A stretch of 37,384 nt of DNA, from UHGV virus genome UHGV-0179656; one strand, 5' to 3'. A program made the position numbers and the translations under genes. The notes beneath the pieces are model-generated. The model did no database searches, was not told the origin of the DNA, and saw only the letters and a program-made list of their open reading frames with translations. This DNA is from a virus. Of this stretch, positions 7,272-17,742 are shown one piece after another. Each line of letters opens with the position of its first letter. The stretch's first letter is position 1.

Positions 7272-8995
7272 TTGAACCTGGTGTAAATTATGCTGATTTA
7301 TTTGCAAAAGAAGTAAGAAAGAAACCTAAGAAGTATCCTAAAACCGTTCGTTTAGCAATAGATCGTTGGTATAGGTGGAAAAAAAGAAAAGACATTTGGT
7401 TTGATGTAGATCGGGCGAATGAAATGATGGATTGGGTAGAAACATTTATTGTTCACACAAAAGGAGAAATGGTGGGAAAACCATTTCTTTTAGAATCCTG
7501 GGAAAAATTTATTTATTCTTGGATTTATGGTTGGGTTAAAGAAAATGAAAAAGGCCAAATTGTTCGCGTTACTCGTGAGGCTTATGTTCAAATCCCAAAA
7601 AAGAATGGTAAAACATTGATTGCCGTAGGTTCATTAGGATATGCAATGTACGGTGAAGGTGCTTTATCAGTCGATTGTTATGCGTGTGCCTCTGATTTTG
7701 CTCAAGCTCAATATGCTGCTAAACCTTTTGCAGCTACCATCTTAAACAATCCAATTCTACTTGAAGGAACAAAAATATTTAAAGGACCAAAGGGGACTGT
7801 TTCTAGTATCACTTATGATTATATTCATAAAGATATGGCTTACTCGAATAAATTTATTGTTCAAACGAAGAATATTGATAACATTGAGGGTTCAAATCCA
7901 TATTTTGTGTTGAATGATGAATTGCATAAGCAAGAGAAAATGGAACAGTATGACAATTTTAAGTCTGCTCAAATATCTTTACCACAGCCATTGATGTTTA
8001 ATATCTCAACTGCTGGGAAAGGTTCGTCGTCTGTTGGAATGCGTGTATATCGAGAAGCAAAAGAAGTGTTGAAACGTGATGATAATGATTCAAACTTTGT
8101 TCTAATCTATGAGCCAAATAAAAATTATGATTGGACGGATAGAAAAGTCTGGGAAATGTGCAATCCTAACTGGGGAATATCAGTCGATTTATCTGCTTTA
8201 GAATCGGCATTTAAAACGGCGCAACGGTCAGCTCATTCCAAAGCTGAATTTCTAACGAAACACTTGGATGTATTTGTGAATGGCGCAGATAATTTCTTTG
8301 AACAGGATCAAGTAGAGCCATGTTTAGTTACCACGCAAGAACTTGGTGATTTAAGTGGCGAACCATGTTATATCGGCTTAGATTTATCTCGTACACGAGA
8401 TTTAACTTGCGTATCTCTAAATTTCCCAACGTGGGATGAAGACGGAAAAGCAATCCTCAAAGTGAAACAGCTCTATTTTATTCCTAATGAAGATTTAGAG
8501 TTTAGAGAAAAAGAAGACAATGTTCCGTATAGTGATTTAGCCGAGCAAGGGTTTGTTGAATTTTGCGATGGCAAAATGATTGATCAAGATCAAATATTGC
8601 AGTACATCGAAGACTGCATGGATTTATACGATATACAGCAAGTGAACTACGATCCGGCAATGAGTGACAAACTTGTAGAAAAATTGGAAAACTTAGGGCT
8701 GGAATGTGTTGAAGTAGCTCAATATCCTAAAGTGTTAAATGCGCCATTTGATGATGTTGAAAGATTATTTTATGAGAAACGTATTCAATTTGATAATCCA
8801 TTATTTTTATATTGTACATTGAACGTTGTAGCGATCACTAATATAAATGGACAGAAAGCGCCAAGTAAACGCCAGTCGAAGAAAAAGATTGACGGTTTCG
8901 TGGCGTTTTTGTGTGGCCATAAAGAAACGATGAATCAGATGACAGATATTGATTCGAACGAATTGGATGAGTATCTCGATAGTATTTATAGATAA
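7268..8995 (+). CDS. terL: Terminase large subunit (ATPase + nuclease)
   Basis: 575 aa. Its size, position and the Terminase_1-like N-terminal ATPase and C-terminal nuclease arrangement fit TerL. Coupled GTGA overlap with terS. Confidence 0.85.
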   Translation: MIEPGVNYADLFAKEVRKKPKKYPKTVRLAIDRWYRWKKRKDIWFDVDRANEMMDWVETFIVHTKGEMVGKPFLLESWEKFIYSWIYGWVKENEKGQIVRVTREAYVQIPKKNGKTLIAVGSLGYAMYGEGALSVDCYACASDFAQAQYAAKPFAATILNNPILLEGTKIFKGPKGTVSSITYDYIHKDMAYSNKFIVQTKNIDNIEGSNPYFVLNDELHKQEKMEQYDNFKSAQISLPQPLMFNISTAGKGSSSVGMRVYREAKEVLKRDDNDSNFVLIYEPNKNYDWTDRKVWEMCNPNWGISVDLSALESAFKTAQRSAHSKAEFLTKHLDVFVNGADNFFEQDQVEPCLVTTQELGDLSGEPCYIGLDLSRTRDLTCVSLNFPTWDEDGKAILKVKQLYFIPNEDLEFREKEDNVPYSDLAEQGFVEFCDGKMIDQDQILQYIEDCMDLYDIQQVNYDPAMSDKLVEKLENLGLECVEVAQYPKVLNAPFDDVERLFYEKRIQFDNPLFLYCTLNVVAITNINGQKAPSKRQSKKKIDGFVAFLCGHKETMNQMTDIDSNELDEYLDSIYR

Positions 8996-9016
8996 TTAGA
9001 AAGGCGGTGAGAAAAG

Positions 9017-10246
9017 ATGAAAATTCGAGAAAGAATTTCAAACGCAGTATATTCATTCATGGAAAAACGGGGCTACATTGAAGATATATTTGGTCAAACC
9101 ACTCGCTACACTCAAAGATATGTCACAGACAATTCAATTATGGAATCTTCTGATGTTTATGAATTAGTTCAAGACATATCTAATCAGGTAGCGTTGGCCA
9201 GACCGATTGTTATTGGTCCAGATGGTAACGAAGTAAAAAATCATTTCTTGCTTAGAATATTGCAAAGCCCAAATGATTATTTAACAGGTTTTGAATTTTC
9301 GAAACTTGAGACGAACACGCTACTAATTAATGGAGAAACCTTCCCATTGACTGATCGAGATCAACTTCATTTAGCATACGGTGTGACAACTAAAATAAAT
9401 GAGCGTCTACAAGAAGAGTTTGAAATGAATGGCCAAAAAATACCTGGTCAAATGATTCGACACATTAAGAACATCGGAACTGATTCATTGAAAGGTGCTG
9501 GAATAATTGATCTCGCAAGAAACACTCTGGAAGGTGTTCTGAGCGCTGAAAAAGTTTTGACGGATAAATATACTAAAGGTGGTTTACTTGCGTTCATGCT
9601 TAAACTAGACGCCCACATCAACCCAAATAACAGCGCCCAAACAAAAATTGTGAAAGCTATATTGGATCAACTGGAAGGAACGCAAAATGACAGCGATCAT
9701 TCTGTTAAGATGATTCCTTTGGGAAAAGGATATTCCATTGAGACATTAAAAAGTCCTGTTGATGATGCGGCTATTTTGAATTATTTAGGTGTCTACAAAA
9801 AAGATCTGGGTAAATTTTTAGGAATCAATGTTGATACCTATCAATCACTAATGAAGACAGACATCGAGAAAGCGATGATGTATCTGCATAACAAAGCAAT
9901 CAAACCAATATTGAAGAACAAGAGCGAGCATTACACCGCTCTATTTTTTATGCCTAATTCTGGTTATCGAGTGGAATGGAAAATCAATATTTTGGATTTT
10001 GTTCCTTATTCAACAAAAACAAATATAGGATACAACATTGTTCGTACTGGAATTACAAGTCCAGATAATGTGGCAGAAATGCTTGGGTTCCCTAAACAAG
10101 GAACGCCAGAAACTGAAGCTGTTTATATTTCAAATGATCTGACAGAAATCGGCAAGAAACATGCTACAGATGATTCCTTACCAACGAATGATCAAAACTT
10201 GAAGGGAGGTGATGGAAATGAAGAAAAAGGAAATTCGAACGATTGA
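9017..10246 (+). CDS. Portal protein (HK97-family)
   Basis: 409 aa, sited between TerL and the prohead protease. RBS gaaaggcggtg. Confidence 0.8.
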   Translation: MKIRERISNAVYSFMEKRGYIEDIFGQTTRYTQRYVTDNSIMESSDVYELVQDISNQVALARPIVIGPDGNEVKNHFLLRILQSPNDYLTGFEFSKLETNTLLINGETFPLTDRDQLHLAYGVTTKINERLQEEFEMNGQKIPGQMIRHIKNIGTDSLKGAGIIDLARNTLEGVLSAEKVLTDKYTKGGLLAFMLKLDAHINPNNSAQTKIVKAILDQLEGTQNDSDHSVKMIPLGKGYSIETLKSPVDDAAILNYLGVYKKDLGKFLGINVDTYQSLMKTDIEKAMMYLHNKAIKPILKNKSEHYTALFFMPNSGYRVEWKINILDFVPYSTKTNIGYNIVRTGITSPDNVAEMLGFPKQGTPETEAVYISNDLTEIGKKHATDDSLPTNDQNLKGGDGNEEKGNSND

Positions 10247-10787
10247 CATCACCAATCTTTCAACACGTTCTGATGAAGAAACACAAACAAGAACGATTAG
10301 TGGTTATGCAGCAGTATTTAATAGCCCAACAAGATTATGGGAAGACTTGGATGAAGTGATAGCTCCTGGTGCTTTTTCAAGAGCTGTTAGCAGTTCCGAT
10401 GTTCGATGTCTTTTCAATCATGATTGGTCCAATGTTTTAGGACGTACAAAAAGCGGCACGCTACGTTTATCAGAAGATGAACGTGGATTGAAATTTGAAG
10501 TTGATCTTCCAGATACAACAATTGCTAGGGATTTAATCAAATCGATGGAACGTGGCGATATCAATCAATGCAGTTTTGGATTCATACCAACTGAAGAAAC
10601 ATGGGATTACAACTCAACACCAATGCTTAGAACAATTCATGAAGTGGAATTGTATGAAGTTTCTATCGTGCCGTTACCAGCGTATGAAGATACCGAAGCA
10701 GCTTTAAGAAGCAAGGAAGACTTAGAAAAAGTAGTCGAAAAAAGAAAAAATTTAATCAAAAAAATCAATCAAGCACTAGGAGCTTAG
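10218..10787 (+). CDS. Prohead maturation protease (HK97 / S78 family)
   Basis: About 190 aa between portal and capsid. RBS gggaggtg lies 9 nt before the ATG at 10218. The track ORF starts at 10209. Confidence 0.75.
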   Translation: MKKKEIRTIDITNLSTRSDEETQTRTISGYAAVFNSPTRLWEDLDEVIAPGAFSRAVSSSDVRCLFNHDWSNVLGRTKSGTLRLSEDERGLKFEVDLPDTTIARDLIKSMERGDINQCSFGFIPTEETWDYNSTPMLRTIHEVELYEVSIVPLPAYEDTEAALRSKEDLEKVVEKRKNLIKKINQALGA

Positions 10788-10799
10788 GAGGAAAAGATT

Positions 10800-12176
10800 A
10801 TGGATAAAGAATTATTAAAAAAACTGAAAGCACGTCAAGAGCAAAGACTGGAAGAGTTACGTGGAAAAATCGAATCTGGTGAATTGCGTGAAGCAGACAT
10901 CGAAGGTGTGCAACAAGAAATTGATGCAGTCATTGAAGAATTAAATGGAATCAAAGATGCCTTGGTAGATGATGGTGATCCTGGCGATGCAGGAGATGGA
11001 AAAGATGGTGGTGTAGGAAATGGCACCGATGATACTGACAATCGTTCTGGCGATGAATCTAGTGGAGATGGTGCTGATGAAGGTGGAGAGGGAGAAGATA
11101 ATCCTGAAAATCGTTCAGGCATGATTTCGCAAGAACAACGTGATGGATTGCTAGATTCCATTAAATCAGGATTGGAGGCAAGAAGTAAAATGACCAAGAC
11201 ACAAAAAGATCAACAATTACGAAAAGCATTTGCTAATTTTGTTATTGGAAATATTTCTGAAGCAGAAGCTAGAGCTTTAGGAATTGAAACTGGTAATGGT
11301 TCAGTTACTGTTCCAGAGGTAATTGCTTCTGAAGTAATCACATATACACAGGAAGAAAACTTATTGCGTAAATACGGAACAGTGGTACGTACAGCAGGTG
11401 ATGTAAAATATCCAATTCTTGTGAAAAAAGCAGATGCGAATGTTAACAAGAAAGAACGTTCGACGGATATTACTGAAACAGCTATTCAGTTTGATGAAAT
11501 TTTGCTTGATCCTGCCGAATTTGATGCTTTGGCAACAGTAACTAAGAAATTACTAAAAATGTCTGGTGTTCCAGTTGAAGATATTGTTGTCGAAGAATTG
11601 AAAAAAGCTTATGTACGTAAGGAAATCAATTATATGTTCAATGGAGATGACGCTGGAAATGAAAATCCTGGTGCATTAGCAAAAAAAGCTGTAGCATTTG
11701 AGAAACCTTTAGATCTAACTGCCGCAGGTGCTGGACAAAAATTGTATGATGCATTAATTGAATTTAAAAATACACCAGTGACAGAAGTAATGAAAAAAGG
11801 TCGTTTTATTATTAATCGAGCTGCTTTGACTGCTATTGAAAAAATGAAAACAGACGATGGATTTCCTTTATTGCGACCATTCACACAAGCAGAAGGTGGA
11901 ATTGGTTACCAATTAGTTGGCTATCCTGTAGATTGGACAGATGCAGCGGATAAAAAAGGTGAACCAGATACGCCAGTTTTATATTTTGGCGATTTTTCTG
12001 CATTCAAAATTCAAGAAGTTATTGGTGCCTTAGAGATTCAAAAACTTGTTGAAAAATTCTCTGGTAAAAATCAAATTGGATTCCAAATTTACAATTTATT
12101 AGATGGACAATTGGTTTATTCCCCATTTGAACCTGCAGTATATCGTTATGAAATTACAAAACCGGTTGGTGGTTAA
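10800..12176 (+). CDS. Major capsid protein (HK97 fold) with an N-terminal scaffold/delta region
   Basis: 458 aa. Coiled-coil N-terminus plus an acidic Gly/Asp-rich linker, then the capsid domain. Sited after the protease. RBS ggaggaaaag. Confidence 0.8.
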   Translation: MDKELLKKLKARQEQRLEELRGKIESGELREADIEGVQQEIDAVIEELNGIKDALVDDGDPGDAGDGKDGGVGNGTDDTDNRSGDESSGDGADEGGEGEDNPENRSGMISQEQRDGLLDSIKSGLEARSKMTKTQKDQQLRKAFANFVIGNISEAEARALGIETGNGSVTVPEVIASEVITYTQEENLLRKYGTVVRTAGDVKYPILVKKADANVNKKERSTDITETAIQFDEILLDPAEFDALATVTKKLLKMSGVPVEDIVVEELKKAYVRKEINYMFNGDDAGNENPGALAKKAVAFEKPLDLTAAGAGQKLYDALIEFKNTPVTEVMKKGRFIINRAALTAIEKMKTDDGFPLLRPFTQAEGGIGYQLVGYPVDWTDAADKKGEPDTPVLYFGDFSAFKIQEVIGALEIQKLVEKFSGKNQIGFQIYNLLDGQLVYSPFEPAVYRYEITKPVGG

Positions 12177-12178
12177 AT

Positions 12179-12448
12179 ATGATTATTCAATCATTAAAGG
12201 AAAAATTTAAAGCACATATTCATTTTGAAGAGGGTATGGATGATTCCTTACTCTCTTTTTATTTAGATATGGCTAGAAATTATGTTGATATAGCAACTGG
12301 TGGGCAACAAGAATATCTTATTCTAATGGTTGCAAGCATTGCTTATGAATATCGAGTTTCAGAAGATGAACTAGATAAAGCAATGAATGCTATTACTCCA
12401 TTTATTGTGCAAGGAGCAATTCAAAATGCCGAAGAGACAGACAAATAA
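12179..12448 (+). CDS. Head-tail connector (gp6-like)
   Basis: 89 aa directly after the capsid gene. Confidence 0.5.
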   Translation: MIIQSLKEKFKAHIHFEEGMDDSLLSFYLDMARNYVDIATGGQQEYLILMVASIAYEYRVSEDELDKAMNAITPFIVQGAIQNAEETDK

Positions 12449-12752
12449 TCTCAGATGGAAAGCCGAGTTGCTAGATATCACAACAGGACCAGACAAAAAC
12501 GATCGTCCAACTAGATTTTACGAATTTAAGCGCCCAGTATTCTATGAAGAACTTGGTGTGACTTCTCAAGAAAAATATTTGTCACAGCAGATAAAGACGG
12601 ACGTTGTCAGACGAATTAAAGTAAGATGGGATAAATCTATAACAGAGAAATTAAGCGCGATTAAAATTGATTCTGTGACGTATAACATTACTCGGATTTA
12701 TACAAATCCTGATACAAGAGAAATGGAGTTGAGTTTAGCTTATGTTGACTAG
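12426..12752 (+). CDS. Head closure / head-tail adaptor protein
   Basis: About 108 aa (MPKRQTNNLRWKAEL...). The track ORF extends to 12387. Confidence 0.5.
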   Translation: MPKRQTNNLRWKAELLDITTGPDKNDRPTRFYEFKRPVFYEELGVTSQEKYLSQQIKTDVVRRIKVRWDKSITEKLSAIKIDSVTYNITRIYTNPDTREMELSLAYVD

Positions 12753-13080
12753 CTTCAATGAATTAATAAAAGCATTAAAATCAACTAAGTTACCGGTGTT
12801 TAGAGACAAAGCAGCTAAAGAGACGAACTTTCCATATATCGTTTATTCAAATGTGAGCAAAAGTAAAAAAATGGCATCTTCAAAAGTTCATCGACGATTG
12901 CCGTATTATCAAGTTTCACTCTATACAACAGGAACAGAAAAAGATTTGTCAATTTTGGAATTAGCATTTGAAAAAGCTGGTATACCTTATGCTGATTTTG
13001 TAGGTATACAAGGTGATGAGAACGATGATACCGTGACCAATTATTACACATATGTGAGGTGTATGAAAAATGGCCAATAA
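12742..13080 (+). CDS. Head-tail joining protein
   Basis: 112 aa in the conserved position. Confidence 0.45.
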   Translation: MLTSFNELIKALKSTKLPVFRDKAAKETNFPYIVYSNVSKSKKMASSKVHRRLPYYQVSLYTTGTEKDLSILELAFEKAGIPYADFVGIQGDENDDTVTNYYTYVRCMKNGQ

Positions 13081-13435
13081 TGCGAACGGATTTGCTGATA
13101 TGGCTGATTATTTAGGAAATCTTTCAAAGGTAGATCCGAAAAAAATATCAATAGAATCTTTAGAAGAAGCTGCTAATTTTTACATGAAGCAACTATTGCC
13201 TAAGATACCTAAGTCGTTATTAAAGAAAAAACATATGAAAGATCATGTAAAAATTGTAGTAGAAGATGATCGAGTAAAAGTCCAATTTGAAGATACAGCC
13301 TTTTATTGGCGTTTTGCCGAAAATGGGACAACAAAGCAACGCGCTCAACATTTTGCAAGTGGAACATACGAGCAAAATAAGCAACAGATTGAAGAGATTA
13401 TGACAAAGAAAATTATTAAAATGTGGGAAGGGTGA
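13070..13435 (+). CDS. Tail completion / HK97 gp10-like protein
   Basis: 121 aa in the conserved position before the major tail protein. Confidence 0.45.
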   Translation: MANNANGFADMADYLGNLSKVDPKKISIESLEEAANFYMKQLLPKIPKSLLKKKHMKDHVKIVVEDDRVKVQFEDTAFYWRFAENGTTKQRAQHFASGTYEQNKQQIEEIMTKKIIKMWEG

Positions 13436-13440
13436 TTTAA

Positions 13441-14067
13441 GTGGGAAAGCAAGATACTTTCTATTTTGAAGGATTAGACGATATATTGATTGGTATGATG
13501 ACTACTCCTGATACTGTTGGAGAAGCACCAACTTATAGCGAGATTGTTCGTTTACCAATTGCTACAAAATTGGGAATAAAGGGAAATGGAACAGCTCTTG
13601 AAAAATGGGCATCTAGCAAAATGTTTCGGCGCGTAAGTCGAGAAACAAAACATGAGTTAGCTCTGGATCATGTAGGAATTCCAATTGCTATTATGGACGA
13701 ATTGAAAGGTTTGATTGCTGAAAGTGGTGTAACCTTTGGCAAAAATACTGCTCGTGAATTTCCTTATTTCGCATTTGGTTTTATTGGAAATATTGAAAAC
13801 GGTGGAAAAAAAGCTGTTTGGTATCCAAAAACACAGTTGTCCAATGTTATTGATGAAGAATATGCTACTGCTGATGATGAGACGAAAATTGATGATGTAA
13901 CTGCGAACTTCATTTCATCTGGATTGAAGTATAACAACGTAATGTATTCAAGCTTTGATTCAAATAGAGACGGAGCTTCTCTCGAATTATTTAATAAATT
14001 CATTGCTCAACCTGTATACGATGAAGAACAGTGGAAAACATTGGCTAAAGTTGGAGGTGAAGGTTAA
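13441..14067 (+). CDS. Major tail protein
   Basis: 208 aa directly upstream of the chaperone/tape-measure pair. GTG start with RBS gggaagggtga. Confidence 0.65.
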   Translation: MGKQDTFYFEGLDDILIGMMTTPDTVGEAPTYSEIVRLPIATKLGIKGNGTALEKWASSKMFRRVSRETKHELALDHVGIPIAIMDELKGLIAESGVTFGKNTAREFPYFAFGFIGNIENGGKKAVWYPKTQLSNVIDEEYATADDETKIDDVTANFISSGLKYNNVMYSSFDSNRDGASLELFNKFIAQPVYDEEQWKTLAKVGGEG

Positions 14068-14531
14068 TGGCTCGGTTATCTGATTATGGAATTCACGTTG
14101 AAGACTTAAAAAATTCTGCTACTGTCACTATTCAAGGTGTAGAATTCCCTATCTCATTTACTATGCAAACAATGGAATTTATAGCAGATGTATATGGTGG
14201 AGATTATTCGCAATTCGAATCTGATATGAATGCCATGCTATACAAAAAAGAAGGAAAAATTTCTTCTGCTAACTTATCGCCTAGTGACTTAAAAATCATG
14301 CGTGCCTTGATTTATGCAATGTTGCGCACTGGTGGTTTAGATGAAAATCCAGAAACTATTTTTAAATTCTTAGGAATGAGTGGAGAGGTGTTGTCTGCTT
14401 ATAGTATCTGTATGGAAATTTTTGCTAGTCAGACATTTCAGGTAGAAGACCTAAAAAAATCCAAGAAGCCACAAGACTTTCAAAAAGCGCAAGCAAAAAG
14501 AAAGAAAAACAAAAAGAATCGGAAGAAATAG
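14067..14531 (+). CDS. Tail assembly chaperone (G-like). A -1 frameshift at 14453..14459 yields the G-T fusion that extends to 14707.
   Basis: Slippery A AAA AAA (14453..14459) in frame. The -1 frame stays open for 83 codons to TAG 14705..14707, 16 nt before the tape-measure start. Confidence 0.7.
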   Translation: MARLSDYGIHVEDLKNSATVTIQGVEFPISFTMQTMEFIADVYGGDYSQFESDMNAMLYKKEGKISSANLSPSDLKIMRALIYAMLRTGGLDENPETIFKFLGMSGEVLSAYSICMEIFASQTFQVEDLKKSKKPQDFQKAQAKRKKNKKNRKK

Positions 14532-14561
14532 GAACTCCTTGGAGTTTTTATATTTATGTTG

Positions 14562-14598
14562 CTCTCACTCTATTAAATTGGAGTGAGAGTTTCTTTTT
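14562..14598 (+). terminator. Strong hairpin plus T-run lying inside the frameshift (T) extension
   Basis: Perfect 9-bp stem ctctcactc/gagtgagag with a 10-nt loop, then TTTCTTTTT. Confidence 0.5.
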
Positions 14599-14722
14599 GA
14601 AATCTACGCCTAACTTGTGGCTGAAATCATACCTACAGTGGTTACAGCAAAATACTGAGTTTGAGCCACCTCAATCTATAACTATGGATAAGAGTCCTTG
14701 GTGGTAGGAAAGGAGCGCTAAA

Positions 14723-17026
14723 ATGTCAGGGAAAGAATCAGATGTTGTTTTAAATTTTAAAACGAATGGCGAAGTTAGCTATTCAAAAACAATTAAAGAA
14801 ATCAATAAAGAAATGAACTTAGCAGCTACCGAGTACAAAAACCAAGTGTCTGCCATGGATAAGAATGCAACTCAAACAGAGAAATTAACAGCTACTAAGA
14901 AAAAATTAGAAAAACAACTTTCTTTAGCAGAAAAGCGAACCCAGATGTTAAGGGAAGAGTATGAAAAATCAGTTAAAGAAACTGGTGAATATTCAGACCA
15001 ATCTCAAAAACTCTATAAAAGACTTTTGGAATCTGAAACAGGAGAAAATAAACTGCGTTCTGCATTAGAGCAAACTAATGATGCATTAAAAGAACAGGGA
15101 AATGTTTCTGTTGATACCGCAAAAAAACTACAAAAAATTGAAGAAGCTGGCGAAAAAGTTAAAGGCGTCGGTGAAAAAATGTCTATTGGCGTAACTGCAC
15201 CAATTGTTGCTGCAGGTGCTGCAGGACTAGCAGCCTTTAGTGAAGTAGATGAAGCTCTTGATACTATTATTACTAAAACCGGAGCAACAGGTGATCAAGC
15301 TGATAGACTATCGCAATCCTTCGAAAATGTTGGTTCAAATACTCACTTGCCTTTACAAACGGTAGGAGAAGCCATTGGTGAAGTGAATACGCAATTTGGA
15401 TTCATGGACAAAAAACTGGAAGATTCAACCAATTATCTTCTACAGTATGCTGAAATCAATGATACAGATGTTTCGCAATCGGCTATTTTTGCTCGACAAG
15501 CAATTGAGGCTTATAACATGTCTTATGATGATTTAAATTCTGTATTAGATGTAACAACAAAGACAGCTCAAAATACAGGGCAATCTGTAGATGATTTAAT
15601 GCAAAAGGCGATTGATGGAGCCCCTCAAATCAAACAATTAGGATTGAGTTTTGGAGAAGGTGTTACGTTGATGGGGCAATTCGAGCAAGCTGGTGTTGAT
15701 TCTAGCGCAGCTTTGAGTAGTCTATCTAAAGCGACAGTTACCTATGCTAAAGATGGAAAAACTTTGTCACAAGGACTTGGAGAATTGCAAGATAAAATTA
15801 AAAATGCAAGCTCAGAAACTGAAGCAATTAATGCAGCCGCCGAAATTTTTGGTAACAAAGGCGGTCCTCGAATGGCTGATGCAATTAAAAGGGGGACTCT
15901 TAATCTAGAAGATTTAGCAAAAGTCGCCTCAGAAAGTGGCGGAGTAGTTGGTTCTACTTATGAAGCTACACTTGATCCTATTGATAAGGCAAATATGGCC
16001 ATGAATAATGCAAAATTAGCAATGGTATCTGTGGGAGAAAGTGTACAAATAGCTTTGTTGCCTTTTTTTGAATTGGCAATAAATGCATTGCAACGATTTA
16101 AAACTTGGCTTGATTCACTTGATCAAGGGCAAAAAAATATGTTAGTAACAATAGCTTTAGTAGTAGCAGCAATTGGTCCATTATTAGTGATTCTTGGAAC
16201 ATTAATGAGTTCAGTTACAAAAGTTGCTGGTGGAATTCGAACATTACAATCTGTTTTCTCTGCCATGAAAATCGCATTCGCAACAAATCCATTCTTACTT
16301 GTTATCGCCGGAATAACGTTGCTGGTTGCTGGATTAGTTCTTGCATACAATAAATGTGAATGGTTTAGAAACGGAGTGAATGCATTCTTTGGTGGTGTTC
16401 GAGATATTGGGGTTCAGGTGTTCAAGTTTTTAGGCGGATATATTGGGAATGTATTCGGTGGGATTATTGCAAATTTTAATAATTTCAAAGATTCCGGAAT
16501 GCGAATATTCAATGGATTTATCGATTTTGTAACAGGAGTATTTACTGGGAATTGGTCAAAAGCATGGCAAGGTGTTGTGGATATTTTTGGAGGCATTTTC
16601 GATGGTATTGCGGCTGTGGGAAAAGCTCCTATCAATGCCATGATTGGTTTGATTAATGGATTTATTGGTGGACTGAATAATATCAAAATACCAAAATGGG
16701 TTCCTGGTATCGGCGGTAAATCATTTTCTATTTCTAAATTACCTTATTTAGCACAGGGTGGTCATTTGATTAGTGGACAAGCAATTGTTGGTGAAGCTGG
16801 TCCAGAGTTATTAACTGCAAAGAATGGAAAAACAACGGTTACTCCATTATCTGACGAAGAAAAACGTAGAGGTATTGGCGGAAAAGTTTTTGGCGGTAAT
16901 ATTGAACAGCATATCCATATTGCAAAAGTTGATGCAAACAATCCGTCAGAATTGGATCGAATGAATCGCAAATTTACCAAAGCAAGTCGTCAAGCTGTTT
17001 ATGATTTAGGAGGTGTTCCTGAATGA
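14723..17026 (+). CDS. Tail tape measure protein
   Basis: 767 aa with a coiled-coil N-terminus, central hydrophobic segments and Gly-rich repeats. Positioned after the chaperone. Confidence 0.85.
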   Translation: MSGKESDVVLNFKTNGEVSYSKTIKEINKEMNLAATEYKNQVSAMDKNATQTEKLTATKKKLEKQLSLAEKRTQMLREEYEKSVKETGEYSDQSQKLYKRLLESETGENKLRSALEQTNDALKEQGNVSVDTAKKLQKIEEAGEKVKGVGEKMSIGVTAPIVAAGAAGLAAFSEVDEALDTIITKTGATGDQADRLSQSFENVGSNTHLPLQTVGEAIGEVNTQFGFMDKKLEDSTNYLLQYAEINDTDVSQSAIFARQAIEAYNMSYDDLNSVLDVTTKTAQNTGQSVDDLMQKAIDGAPQIKQLGLSFGEGVTLMGQFEQAGVDSSAALSSLSKATVTYAKDGKTLSQGLGELQDKIKNASSETEAINAAAEIFGNKGGPRMADAIKRGTLNLEDLAKVASESGGVVGSTYEATLDPIDKANMAMNNAKLAMVSVGESVQIALLPFFELAINALQRFKTWLDSLDQGQKNMLVTIALVVAAIGPLLVILGTLMSSVTKVAGGIRTLQSVFSAMKIAFATNPFLLVIAGITLLVAGLVLAYNKCEWFRNGVNAFFGGVRDIGVQVFKFLGGYIGNVFGGIIANFNNFKDSGMRIFNGFIDFVTGVFTGNWSKAWQGVVDIFGGIFDGIAAVGKAPINAMIGLINGFIGGLNNIKIPKWVPGIGGKSFSISKLPYLAQGGHLISGQAIVGEAGPELLTAKNGKTTVTPLSDEEKRRGIGGKVFGGNIEQHIHIAKVDANNPSELDRMNRKFTKASRQAVYDLGGVPE

Positions 17027-17742
17027 GTCGAATTTTTATGAATACTGATGAACCCAATTTCATTTGGAAAAATTTGAATGCTACGCTTGATATGAATTGC
17101 ATTATTGAAAGCGAGTTGCCTGAAATAATGCCAAACAAACGCTATGAAACGTATACGGTACAAGGCAGAAACGGCGAACTAACTGAAACATTCGATGATT
17201 ATGAACCGTTCAACCTTGAAATCGAAGGGATCACCATTCCGCATTCACGGCTGAGAGAAGTTAAACGTTGGCTGACAGGGAAAAGTCAATTAATCACTCA
17301 CAATGATCCAGATAAATATTTAGACGCTATTTGTAGTATGAGTAAAGAAGTTCCATTCGAAAATGAGTGGGGCTATTTTTATACTTTTGATGTTACTTTT
17401 CGGTGCCAGCCTTTCAAAAGAAAAGTTGGCGAAACACCTAAAAACTTCAACGTGTCTAAAGTTGAAATTTATGATCACGGAGACGAAAAAGCCCAACCAT
17501 ATCTTGAAATTGATTCAAAAGGTGGGGACATTTCAATAAAAATCGGCGATCGAACGTTAACTGTTTTAAACACTGTAACTGGAACTGTGGCGGTTGATAC
17601 TGAACTGGGTAAAGTTGTTCAGGAAGGTTTATCGCTGTTTACAAAAGGCGATTGGCCGATTTTGACACCAGGAAAAAACACCATCGAATTATCTGGTAAG
17701 TTCAATCAAATTCGATTTTGGAATAGGAGTGTGTATCTGTGA
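17023..17742 (+). CDS. Distal tail protein (Dit)
   Basis: 239 aa immediately after the tape measure, overlapping start. Confidence 0.6.
   Translation: MSRIFMNTDEPNFIWKNLNATLDMNCIIESELPEIMPNKRYETYTVQGRNGELTETFDDYEPFNLEIEGITIPHSRLREVKRWLTGKSQLITHNDPDKYLDAICSMSKEVPFENEWGYFYTFDVTFRCQPFKRKVGETPKNFNVSKVEIYDHGDEKAQPYLEIDSKGGDISIKIGDRTLTVLNTVTGTVAVDTELGKVVQEGLSLFTKGDWPILTPGKNTIELSGKFNQIRFWNRSVYL

Noticed and set aside
10835-11197. Antisense ORFs inside long structural genes: 10835..11197, 11210..11449, 11630..11884, 16123..16350, 16414..16686, 16762..16980, 18526..18792, 18812..19105, 21152..21367, 21724..22011, 23703..23900, 33282..33498 and others.
   Set aside because: They are fully embedded in well-supported plus-strand genes, lack RBSs, have skewed low-complexity composition (Ser/Pro/Phe rich), and are typical of random antisense frames in AT-rich DNA.
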